Origin: Octopus sinensis
Lineage: Eukaryota
NCBI RefSeq assembly: GCF_006345805.1
Contig: NC_042999.1
Location: forward strand, 157,790,001 to 157,854,000
Reading direction: 5' to 3'
DNA: 64,000 nucleotides
The translations under genes were made by a program, and so were the position numbers. The first letter of the stretch is position 1. The number at the start of each line of letters is the position of its first letter. Below are positions 23,961-35,804 of the stretch, one piece after another. Below the pieces are notes generated by a model. The model did no database searches, was not told the DNA's origin, and saw nothing but the letters and a program-made list of their open reading frames with translations.

Positions 23961-25479
23961 ATATATATATATATATATAAGAGAACAAAGTTTATATATA
24001 TATATATATACACACATATATGTTTGTATGTATATATCTATATGTGTGTGTGTGTGTGTATATGAACCTCAGGTAAGGTGTATATCATTAAATCAATTGG
24101 AGGTGAAATTAAAAAAAATTATGTTGTGTCTTATGAGGGTCGTTATGCCAATAATAATAGACACACGCACTGGTTCAGTGTTACTTCTTTATTTTTAGTC
24201 AATCGGTTAACTGTGTAACCAACTAAATAATCGATCATTTATTTAATGTGTTGGCTAAATAATCAATAGGTTGTTTGTTTGTCAAACTCCTTTCGTCGCT
24301 TTTCGTGACCTCATCAATGGCATGCCTTCACACTTCAAGTTCTACCTTGAATCTATTATCACAGATTATTAATTTTTTTTAGCGTTTTCCCGCTTAATTT
24401 CTATGCAATTTATCATTTAAAAAAAAAACAGTTTCGAACCGAATTGACATCGTATACACATCTTTCATAAAATTTGCTAGAGGGAAATATTTACTTCTCC
24501 AGTTTCACTTTCTGTTTCAAGTGATACATGAAAAAAGATGAAAATTGGAAAAAAAATCTATCGTAAGCAGTCTGAGGTACGTCTACCATGCTACCTCTTT
24601 CTCCATAACCGCCAAATAGAGGGAAAAGCTTTATAAATTATAGCAAGGCTTCAGTGTGATATCATGAAAGTACACGGATCCGTCCTACTTACTTATGAGA
24701 GCTGTCTTTACACGGAGAACGTTTTGTAGTTACTCTGGCTCCTGAAGGAGGTCTGTCTGGCGGTACTGCTACGCATGTCAAGTGCATTTTGAATGGGCAA
24801 TATCCTTTCGTAGCAGGGCCATTCCAAGATCGTTTGGAAATTGTACATAACTCGAAATCTGGAAGTTTTCCTTATCGATGTCCAGAGTATTCCCAAAAAC
24901 ATCGCCACTCGTATCCTCGCTAACCTATATAATGTGAGTTTGGTGTTTCACCGACTGCATCCCCCAGCAAAGTAACACTTGAGATACCGAGTGTCCTATC
25001 CCGGCTTAAAATTTGATCCAGGACTATATCTCCGTTAAATATACGAGCAGCAGAAAAACTATTTCCAACAAATGATGACTCAACGCATCTTTCGTCTGAG
25101 AATCAATGAAAGTGTCTGAGGCTCGGCACATGCATGCGCATTATCAACCACAACATTTCGAACGCTTCACAGGCTATGTGTTGTTACTAAAGAAATGGAA
25201 GTGTAGACAATCTAGTCTGCTCATATTGCCTTAAAATTATCGAAGTGTAGGTGTTCAACACCCTTTCCTGAACTTCAATATTAGTATATTTCTGACTGAG
25301 TCAGGGTATCCTACTTCTTGTTCTTGTTCGCCTAAAAGTCTGTACCTAACGTGATACTGAACATCTATGCAGACCGTCAGATCAGCTTGAAGTTATCTTT
25401 CCGGTTCCCAAATCGTAAGCTCACCATTTTATTCTGATTATACAGATACCTATTTTTATTTCATTTTCTTCCATTAAGG

Positions 25480-25880
25480 AAGAGTGGCTGTGTGGTAAGT
25501 AGCTTGTTTACCAATCACATGGTTCCGGGTTCAGTCTCACTGCGTGGCACCTTGGGCAAATGTCTTCTACTATAGCCTCGGGCCGACCAAAGCCTTGTGA
25601 GTGGATTTGGTAGACGGAAACTGAAAGAAGCCCGTCGTATATATATATATGTATGCGTATGTGTGTTTGTCCCCCTAGCATTGCTTGACAACCGATGCTA
25701 GTGTGTTTATGTCCCCATCACTATATAATATATATAATAAGCGGTTCGGCAAAAGAGACCGATAGAATAAGTACTGGGCTTACAAAAGAATAAGTCCCGG
25801 GGTCGAGTTGCTCGATTAAAGGCGGTGCTCCAGCATGGCCGCAGTCAAATGACTGAAACAAGTAAAAGAGTAAAAGAGTA
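25480..25880 (+). mobile_element. SINE family A, full length
   Basis: Family consensus. Confidence 0.9.
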
Positions 25881-27021
25881 TCTTTTCACAAAAACCGGCC
25901 TTATCAATTAGATAGTCGAATATAATACAGATTTCTAACTTCGGCTCAGGTTACAAATTTTGCAGGAGAGAGTTTAGTCAATTAAAGCATCCTCAACATT
26001 TTGTTTGATGCTCCATCGATTCTGTCAGTCTACCATTCTCTTAATAATTTAGGCATAAGAACAGCAATGTGGTGAAATATGGGACTAGTCGATTAGATCG
26101 ACCCCCAGTACTTCAATGGTATTTTATCGGCCTTGAAGGGATGAAAGGAAAAGTTGAGCTTAACAGAATTTGAAATCAGAACGTAAAGTGTCGGAATAAA
26201 TAGCCTAAAAATTTTTGTCCGATTCTCTTGCTGTTCCGCCAATCCATCACTCTAAATCATATCAATGATAAGAGATAAATAAACGGGGAGAAGAGTGATA
26301 GAGGGGGGGGGGTGATAAAAAAGGAAAGAAAAGAAGAAAATATGTAAGAAAGCAAGTAAAGAAATAAAATAAAAGAAACTAAACAGCTCCCCTGTGACAG
26401 TCTTTATGATATTTCTGAAATGTCTAGACACGAGAAAATCATATAATTATCAACGTTCGTAATTCGAACAGACTGAGATGAAATGAAAGACCGTATATAA
26501 TATTTCATAGAATAACAACATTGATATTGTTTCATGGTTCGTTAAACGGAAACAAAAACGTATAGAATCTATGTTAAACAATCTAATTTAGTCAGATACA
26601 AAGAAAAATGAAATGTGAGAAGCTATTTTTCTGCAATGATTAAGTTATTGTAAGGACGCTATAAATGAGTGAATTATGAACACACATTAGCGTGGGTATA
26701 TAAAGTGTTATATTGATATATCACACAATTTTGATCAATCAGAAATGAAGTTCAAATATATATGAGATGAGAAAAGACAAACCTATGACGTTCATACCAT
26801 ATATATTTGAGCAGATGTGGCTGAGTGGTAAGGAGTTAATTTTCCAGCCTCATGGTTCCAGGTTCAGTCCTAGCGCATGGCATCTCAGCTAGATGTCTTT
26901 AACTATAGCCCTGGACTGATGGAAATCTTGGAGGTGGATTTGGTAGGCGGAATCTGTGTGGAAAAGTGTAGTATATATATATATATATATATACATTCTT
27001 CTTCTTCTTTCTCGCCCTTTT

Positions 27022-27295
27022 CAAGCCTAGCCAGGCTCATGAGCCCGGTTTCCCGGTTTCTGTGGGGTATGTGTTCCCCCCAGCAGGACGAGACGCCAGT
27101 CCATCGCAGCGTTACTCAAGAAAAGGGAAGAGAGGGTGAGAGAAAGTTGGAGCGAAAGAGTACAACAGGGGTCGCCACCACCTCCTGCCAGAGCCTCGTG
27201 GAGCTTTAGGTGTTTTCGCTCAATAAACACACACAACGCCCGGTCTGGGAATCGAAACTGCGATCCTCCGACCGCGAGTCCGCTGCCCTAACCAC
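27022..27295 (-). mobile_element. SINE family C, tail type 2
   Basis: Family C head; tail related to 13763-14052. Confidence 0.85.
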
Positions 27296-27355
27296 TATAT
27301 ATATATATGATAAATGAAAGGAGGAAGATGGAATATACGGGAATTTTTATTATTA

Positions 27356-27461
27356 ATCACTACAATTGTTTCGACACATCTAGCATCGATCCCTCACGGG
27401 TGAGACACTTAAAAACTGGTTCAGGAGCATCCGGCGGTGCTGATGTATCTCATCGGGTGAT
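27356..27461 (-). ncRNA. Type I hammerhead, U4C core, long stem II
   Basis: ATCAC-CCGATGA-GATACATC..GATGTGTC-GAAA, palindromic stem III ACAATTGT, A17, GTGAT. Confidence 0.75.
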
Positions 27462-27924
27462 AAATAGATAACACTTGTTAAAATAGCAATGTATCTTCTA
27501 ATTTGGTAGAAAGAAAAACAGCAAAACGAATGAAATATCTTCATTTATATAGAAGACAAAAGATAAAATTACAGATGCCAAAAAGAAACGAGCACGCAAT
27601 ACAGCGAAAAAGGGATTAAAAATAACCGTTAACAGAGCAAGTTAAATAGCTGCTTGGTGTTTATAAGAATGGGGAGGTTAAAGCTAAACATAATTCATCC
27701 ATACCTTGCAGTAAATTACGATAACAGTTACTCAAATTCATTTCCACTGCATAGTGCGAAGGTACATTTATATACGCGAGTCTTTCAGAAATTTTGTTAA
27801 CGATCTTCTCACTGGTCCACAGAATTGACAGGGATTCCTCGGAGAAGAGTCGGCTTTTCCTGGAAATGATATTGCATGGTTTTGCATGCCTTACTATGGA
27901 CCAACTTATGTTGTATTTAATTTT

Positions 27925-28090
27925 ACGTATGTATGTATGTATGTATGTATGTATGTATGTATGTATGTATGTATGTATGTATGTATGTATGTATGTTATG
28001 TATGTATGTATGAATGTATGTATGTATGTATGTATGTATGTATGTATGTATGAATGTATGTATGTATGTTATGTATGTATGTATGTGTTT
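27925..28090. repeat. (ATGT)n microsatellite
   Basis: Direct reading. Confidence 0.95.
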
Positions 28091-28221
28091 CCATTACAAG
28101 ATGCAGTGAACTCGTAGTTAAGTACCGAGTAACACCTTACAGTTTCATGAGAATCTCAAACATACAGTGCAATTTATTTGGGAAAACAAATGCATTTAAG
28201 TATATATACAGGAAAACATTA

Positions 28222-28289
<68 letters not shown>

Positions 28290-28296
<7 letters not shown>

Positions 28297-28790
28297 AAAC
28301 GCAAGTGTTATTCAAATCTTTTTACCAATGTTTAGAAGGAAACATTGGTATTATTCCAGAAGGAATAAAATGGTGTAAAACAATGCAATCTTCTCATCAG
28401 GGAAAGAATGGAACCAAACACATCAGTAAAACATTTTAACAGAATGTGATGACTGCGTAGATGATGAAGAGAATGTTAGCACGTTTTCTTGTTTAAACCG
28501 TTAACAGATATAACGTCAAAGGCAGTTTATAGAAAGAGAAGGAGGAGAAACAAAAAAATTAGCAGAAAACTAATAGTGGAGAGATATAGAGCGGTAAGTG
28601 AATAGGAATAAACCTTAAAGGCTTGGAAGTAGGTATATTTAGTGGGAGTGAAATGTAAAAAAAAAAATGTTAAAGGTCGAATTTTATAGAATGGTAGAAA
28701 TATTTATAGGAACTAAAGGTACGCTTTTGCCAATGTTTGCAACAATAAACGCGTTCTTAAAGGTGTTTATACGAGGATTATCTGATAACA
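28290..28790 (-). mobile_element. Diverged copy of the 62.5-63.96 kb pLTR-like family
   Basis: Colinear with 63448-63920; keeps TTTCC-CTGATGA-GAAGA, but the GAAA half is decayed. Confidence 0.7.
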
Positions 28791-28969
28791 GGATGAAATA
28801 TATTTCATCGTTACAAAGCGGACAGAACTATTTCATCCCGTTCTCAGATAATCCTTTTGTAAACATGTTTAACGAACGCGTTTATCGTTGTTGCAAACAT
28901 TGGCAAAAACATATCTTTAGTTCCTATACGCAGTTGTGTGTTCTGTTTGTTGTTTTTTTATTGTTGTTA

Positions 28970-29750
28970 AAGGGCTAGTGGGGTTGGACGGAGAGGGTCT
29001 TTTCTTTTCTTTTTTTTCCTGGAGAAAATCTCCCAACATTCTCCTTGGACTTCCTCCATCTCCTCTTTCTTTGTTTCATTTCCAAATGTTTCTTCGTACG
29101 TTTCACCTGCAGCTTCTTCTGTTTGTTTTTCTACAGGTGGGGGAGTAGCTGCTTTTTCATGAGGAGGTTGCCACTCGCAGCTTAGTCTCTCCCACCTGTA
29201 TAGTTTCTATAATATTTTCTAAATCAGCCGGGGCAGCCTGTATAATCATTTCGAGACCATGCCCATGCCAATCCTGCAGTCCCAGCGCTGAGGCTTGGAG
29301 AATTGTGATCTTATCCTCCAAACTGTTTATTATGGCTGCCACCATCCAAGTGGAGTCTACTTCTGGTGGGAGATCTCCTACCTTAATCTTGGAAGTCCGT
29401 CTTCCAAGATGAGTAGGTAGAAGTACCACCTCCCTCGTTTTTTAATGGTGTCGTCGACGCTTGTTGTGCCTTTTCCTCGTTTTGAAACGGACTTCTATTG
29501 TGGCATACTTCACTCCTCTTGTGACGTATGCCACCTCGTTCCAAACTGGACAGATGCACAGTTCCACCGCCTCTTTTCTTGCGTTATCCAGTTTTTTTTT
29601 TGCTTTGGTCACAAATGATTTGTATATCACGGTGCATTATGCGTTGTTTCACTGGGGAAGTATGATCACTATTTCACTCCCCTCCATTTTCATCATACCT
29701 TTGTATTTTCCGAGCCCATAGCTTCCACAATTTATTATCTTTTTTGAGAT
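28970..29750 (-). pseudogene. Non-LTR retrotransposon ORF1 relic, homolog of 1393-2170
   Basis: VAYVTRGVKYATIEVRF and LLPTHLGRRTSKIKVGDLPPEVD align with YISRGGGVKYATVWLLY and FLPTYCGKKLTRAWVCGLPPGIE; knuckle apparently deleted; basic RKKKKRK tail. Confidence 0.7.
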
Positions 29751-30288
29751 ACCGGACACTGCTTCAAAATTGCTAGCGTGTCTTCCTTGAATAAATTCTT
29801 CACCTGTCGATATACTATTTAAAACTCTGCTACCTTCTTCGCTTCTGATATCTTCTCATTCACTTGTACCAAGTTGACTATTGGTCTTGGCTTTAATAGG
29901 TGATTTGTCCATTATTTTTGTTTTGAAAAATACAACAGTATTTTCCCCCTTCACACTACCACAAACAGAAAAAATAAATGTTTAAAAAACACTCAACAAA
30001 AGTTCAACTATGTAATAATTCAACAGTGCAAGTTTAACAAATTAACCACAAACATTACAACTTACGCCAAACTTTTCGCACAACACCACAAACATACAGA
30101 AACAAGTCGAGATGATTGGAACAACGGTGGAAAAGTATCAATGTTAATTTATTGATGCATTTGGGCGAGACTATGTCTGTGTTATCAGACAATTGCAAAA
30201 AAATGTTTTAAAGAAATTCAAAAGTGTGCAAAAACCCGGTACAAATTCTTCATGGTTCAAAACGTTGCTTACTTTTTACTCAACCTGA

Positions 30289-30300
30289 TACACACACACG

Positions 30301-30337
<37 letters not shown>

Positions 30338-30555
30338 ACGCACACACATACCCACACGCACACTTACACACGCACACACACACACGCACACACACACACG
30401 CACACACACACACACAACACACACACACGCACACACATACCCACACGCACACTTACACACGCACACACACACACGCGCACACTCACACACGCACACACAC
30501 ACACACACACACACCACACACACGCACACACGCATGCACCCCCCCCACACACACA
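30289..30555. repeat. Complex (CA)n/(CACG) microsatellite
   Basis: Direct reading. Confidence 0.95.
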
Positions 30556-31047
30556 TAAAAGGAAACAATAAAATTTGGTGAACATTGTTTTTCGAAACGG
30601 TTTCCGATTAATTCTAATAAGTTGTGCAGAAGCAATCATCAGGCAAGTAATTGCAATAAAATGTTATGAAAGAGCGTCCACGTTATGAGATTGATAGCAG
30701 AGATGCTAGGTTGTGTATTTGACTTCGGTAAGGGTGTGGAGACGTATTCAATAAATAATAACTAACCAGTATACCAACGATACCCTTAATCAAATGCTTT
30801 TGAAATGATGTAACTATTTTTAGACCTCTACTCTATAATGTGGATGCTACAGTCTTGCCAGGGGGTAAATCTCTTTTGCAAACATTCTCATTTTTCCTAC
30901 TTGCGTGTACGTATGGTTAAAATGCCAATATTTCCAAGATATTGGATTCCTTTTGGTATCTGTCATTAGAAATTATGTTGCTTGATTGATAAACCAACAG
31001 GCTACATCATAACGTCACATACATTTTTTAAATATGAATTCTTTGGT

Positions 31048-31073
<26 letters not shown>

Positions 31074-31080
<7 letters not shown>

Positions 31081-31459
31081 GAGAGGAGTGAACACTATGT
31101 GGACAACCCTAATGCTAGAAGTAGATCCGCTATGGTCTTACCACTAAGAAATGTTCTCTAGAAAATTTAGCAAACACCAGAAACGTAAGCGAGCAAGAGA
31201 AATGAAAAGTAACAAAAATATAGATTAATCATAAACAATATTTCACTAGCAACAGATTATGTAATTATACTTACGCAATTTTTCCGTAGATCTTCAGTAT
31301 GATCGTCCATACAAATATAATTACTTTTCATTTGTCTTGCTCGCTTAGGTTTCTGGTGTTTGCTAAATTTTCTAGAGAACATTTCTTAGTGGTAAGACCA
31401 TAGCGGATCTACTTCTAGCATTAGGGTTGTCCACAGAGTGGTCATCCCTCTCATATGTA
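31074..31459. mobile_element. Foldback/MITE with ~140-bp imperfect TIRs
   Basis: 31074-31212 is the reverse complement of 31319-31459; sits next to a (TA)n run. Confidence 0.85.
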
Positions 31460-31584
31460 TGTAATATAATTTACTGAACCTCAGTTTTTTAATATGCTAG
31501 ACCACTGGTGTTAAATTGATGTTATCAAATTAATATCCAATTTTTCACCCTCATTTAAATTTTAATATATATATATATATATAT

Positions 31585-31991
31585 AGGCGCAGGAGTGGCT
31601 GTGTGGTAAGTAGCTTGCTAACCAACCACATGGTTCCGGGTTCAGTCCCACTGCGTGGCACCTTGGGCAAGTGTCTTCTGCTATAGCCCCGGGCCGACCA
31701 ATGCCTTGTGAGTGGATTTGGTAGACGGAAACTGAAAGAAGCCCGTCGTATATATGTATATATATATGTGTGTGCGTGTATGTTTGTGTGTCTGTGTTTG
31801 TCCCCCTAGCATTGCTTGACAACCGATGCTGGTGTGTTTACTCCCCGTTACTTAGCGGTTCGGCAAAAGAGACCGATAGAATAAGTACTGGGCTTACAAA
31901 AGAATAAGTCCTGGGGTCGAGTTGCTCGATTAAAGGCGGTGCTCCGGCATGGCCGCAGTCAAATGACTGAAACAAGTAAAAGAGTAAAGAG

Positions 31992-31992
<1 letters not shown>
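31585..31992 (+). mobile_element. SINE family A, full length
   Basis: Family consensus. Confidence 0.92.
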
Positions 31993-32026
<34 letters not shown>

Positions 32027-32447
32027 CATGACGGTGCCTCCTCTTTGGAACCTGCATGCACTAAGTCGTCTCTATTCAAACTTACGCACAATTCTTGATT
32101 TCTTCTGGAAGTACCACAGCCAGAAGCCCACTCACTTTTGTGTGTGTTTTCATTAATCAATATCAACTAAATCAGAGGTTTTGCTTGAAAAGTTAGATTA
32201 ATAATTACATGCGAAAGTAGAGAATATGATTACACACAGCGTCAAATTTTGGGAAAACTGCTGGCGACATTTTTTATTCTTTATATTTAATTATATCGTC
32301 GCTGTTTCTCTCTGATATTCATCGACTCCATAATCATTGCCCGAATTGTTCTATATATCCTTTATGCTGAAATTAATTTACATTTTTTCTCCATACAGCC
32401 AGTACAAGAAAATCTATTCTATATTAAATAAATTCTGAATTATATCT

Positions 32448-32678
32448 CTTTCTTTACTACCCACAAGGGGCTAAACACAGAGAGGACAAACAATGACAGA
32501 CAAACAGATTAAGTCGATTATATCGACCCCAGTGCGTAACTGGTACTTATTTAATCGACCCCGAAAGGATGAAAGGCAAAGTCGACCTCGGCGGAATTTC
32601 AACTCAGAACGTAGCGGCAGACGAAATGCCGATAAGCATTTCGCCCGGCGTGCTAACGATTCTGCCAGCTCGCCGCCT
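32448..32678 (-). mobile_element. SINE family B, full length
   Basis: GGCGGCGAGCTGGCAGAATCGTTAGCAC head through AAAGAAAGAG tail. Confidence 0.9.
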
Positions 32679-32741
32679 TAGAATTATATCTGTTTGCCCA
32701 CTCTCTCACTCACTTATTCACATGCTATTCAAAGTTTCCTC

Positions 32742-32786
<45 letters not shown>

Positions 32787-32861
32787 ACACACACACAAAC
32801 ACACACAGACACAAACACAGACACACACAAACAAACACACACACACACACGCACATACAGA

Positions 32862-33027
32862 CACATAGACGAGGTAAGAGCCACCGATGAGAATTAAGAT
32901 GCTCTGCATCAAAATTCGAAATCACCAGTGATATGGCTATGTCCGCGACCGTAGGGACCATTGTCTCCCTTGTCAGCTTATTAAGATAGTGCTCTTGTGG
33001 CTAATGAATCGGTTTGACTCTTATTTC
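32862..33027 (+). ncRNA. ~165-nt repeat containing a type I hammerhead with U4C core (32879-32938)
   Basis: AGCCA-CCGATGA-GAATT aa GATGC tct GCATC aa AATTC-GAAA-TCAC ca GTGA-TA / TGGCT; near-identical copy at 59541-59705. Confidence 0.78.
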
Positions 33028-33113
33028 TAGCAATGCCGGTACCACTTTGTACCCTCTGTCACTTTAGTGACGTCTATAATTTTCCTTTATGTTGTTAAAT
33101 TGCTAATAAGCCA

Positions 33114-33172
<59 letters not shown>

Positions 33173-33176
<4 letters not shown>

Positions 33177-33419
33177 ACGTAAGGGGGATCAGCCATCTGA
33201 ATGTGGCTAGGGACAGGGCGGGGTGGTGGGGGTGTTACTGATGCTTTTAGCCCCAGGCGATCATCGACGTCACCAGAAGGACCGACACCATATCGGTGTC
33301 CTTGTGTCGGTCCTTCTGGTGACGTCGATGATCGCCTGGGGCTAAAAGCATCAGTAACACCCCCACCACCCCGCCCTGTCCCTAGCCACATTCAGATGGC
33401 TGATCCCCCTTACGTTATA
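33173..33419. repeat. Perfect palindrome, 116-bp arms, 15-nt loop, from the 355-nt HHR family
   Basis: 33173-33288 is the exact reverse complement of 33304-33419; the right arm continues to about 33455 into (TA)n. Confidence 0.95.
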
Positions 33420-33451
33420 GAGCAGTTACTGTTTATATCTCGTTCAGAGAT

Positions 33452-33516
<65 letters not shown>

Positions 33517-33520
<4 letters not shown>

Positions 33521-34171
33521 CGTAAGGTGTACTAGCCATCTGAATGTGGCTAGCCACTGGGGGTGGGGTGCTGCTGATGCTTTTAGCCCCAGGCGATCAA
33601 CGTCACCAGATGGACTTTAGACACTATCTCAGTGCCCTTGTGTTATTTGCAAAGGGAGGTCATCCTCTCTCGAAGACCTAAGTACTACATACGGACTATA
33701 GTTTCAAGGTAATTGCCTCTCGTCAACGCATGGTAAGCACCGGTCTTCGATGAAGGAGTCCCCTTGCAAATAATATATAACGTTTTTCACAGCAACCACT
33801 GTCACTGATTTAGAAAAACTGTCTGAAAGCAATAATAAATCTCTGAACGAGATATAAACAGTAACCGCTCGACAACGTAAGGTGTACTAGCCATCTGAAT
33901 GTGGCTAGCCACTGGGGGTGGGGTGCTACTGATGCTTTTAGCTATAGTCCGTATGTAGTACTTAGGTCTTCGAGAGAGGATGACCTCCCTTTGCAAATAA
34001 CACAAGGGCACTGAGATAGTGTCTAAAGTCCATCTGGTGACGTTGATCGCCTGGGGCTAAAAGCATCAGCAGCACCCCACCCCCAGTGGCTAGCCACATT
34101 CAGATGGCTATAGTACACCTTACGTTGTCGAGCGGTTACTGTTTATATCTCGTTCAGAGATTTATTATTGC
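33517..34171. mobile_element. 355-nt-unit hammerhead element: 1.2 units on minus (33940-33517) fused to an inverted partial unit on plus (33942-34171), flanked by (TA)n
   Basis: Direct repeat period 355 (33521 vs 33876); inverted arm 33942-34132. Confidence 0.85.
33688..33732 (-). ncRNA. Type I hammerhead, U3 core variant, GUC cleavage
   Basis: CATGCG-TTGACGA-GAGG caatta CCTT-GAAA, palindromic stem III ACTATAGT, C17, CGTATG. Confidence 0.8.
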
Positions 34172-34189
34172 TTATATATATATATAATA

Positions 34190-35008
34190 CGAGCTAAGCG
34201 CCCCCCGTCCAGTGGACGGTGCTGAGTTGTTAAACATTTAAACCAAATTTTCTCAAAACAACTTGTCCAACCGTCCCATAGGCTTCCTTTTTGAGAAAAA
34301 CTGATTTAACCTAAATTTGAGACACCAGCAAAAGAAGAAATAAAGATAGACTTTTTTTCTATTCCAAAGAAAAACGATTTTATTCACACAAATATGCAAA
34401 CGAAGAGATTCAAGTACCAGTAATGATAAGGCTGTTGACTGGGAGAACACAAACATGATTTAAACAGTAAGCTTGGCAGGAAAGAAACGTGACTTTAAGT
34501 AGTACAAAAACAACAAAAGATGGAAGGTGCAGTTATGTACAGGTTGACGGAAGAAAAGCAGGACAAAAACATTGCATGCAAATGGGTTAGCTGGAGGTAA
34601 ATCTAGATGGAAAAGCATGATGAATTTATGAGAACGTACCTGGGACAATAATAAGTTTATCCGATAAAACATGTAGGAAATCAACTTGGGGCGATGTTTG
34701 AGGAAAAGCAACAACCTAGGGAACTAAGTAACTAATTTTAAGCTAACTTACTTTACGGCATGGAAAAGCTAGTAGAGCGCAGCCTTGTAAACCACATTCC
34801 TGATGTACTTGCACGTACAAATGCACGTTCCCACGGCTTTATCGATCACATTCTCACCTGGAATAGATTTTTGTAATTTTTTCAAGACTTATACATACCC
34901 TGATACCGTCGGTATCTACATATCAAATTTGAGCGCAATCGGACGGAGGATGCCCGAGATCCTAGAAGACATACAGACAGACAGACAGAACGGATTTTTT
35001 ATAATAGA
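34190..35008 (-). mobile_element. Non-autonomous Helitron family 2, long form
   Basis: Same TC 5' end and hairpin-CTCG 3' end as 10934-11313, with a different ~500-bp interior. Confidence 0.7.
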
Positions 35009-35406
35009 TTAGAATGTATTCTGTAGTTAGACAAAGATATTGGTTGTTACCACTACGTTGAATTACTAAGGAGTCTCCAAAGTAGAAATATAATATGAGT
35101 TGGTAGTTCCATGGTCAAAAATATTAATGAAATCCTGGGTAAACCATAATATACGTTTACAGTTCCACTGTTGAAATATCAAAGAAAATCCAAGGTAAAA
35201 GAAAATAGAAGTTACTAGTTCCATCACTGAAGAGGAAGTGAGGTAGATATGAGTCCTGAAAGAGTACAGGATTGGATACTTCTTAATTATTCAAGAAACT
35301 GGTAATTACGAATATTACCAGTTATATTATAAATTATGAATTAAAGGGTCGAAAGGGATACCACATGCTTTGCTTCTCTGCTCTGTATTTCTTATATCTA
35401 TATATA

Positions 35407-35509
<103 letters not shown>

Positions 35510-35770
35510 CTTATTATTATTTTCTTTTTGCAATTTATTTAATCTTGATATTTTATTGTTATTTTAACGTTAATATTATATTATATGTACTTTTCTAGAC
35601 GGTGTAATTTAATTGTTCATTTTGAATTGATAAAAGGTGGGTTTTTTCTAATTTTTTATATAAATATTACATTGTGTGAAATTTGATTTAGTATTTCTAA
35701 ATTGAATTTTTTTTCTTGTAAGTTTTGGATTTTACCCGCTCAAATATTAATAATTATTATATATATATAT

Positions 35771-35804
<34 letters not shown>

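Noticed and set aside
24600-25330. Decayed transposase or LINE ORF
   Set aside because: Composition looks coding-like, but no motif is recognisable in the frames I read.
35226-35270. CTGAAGA-GGA..TCC-TGAAA
   Set aside because: No stem I or stem III pairing; chance match.
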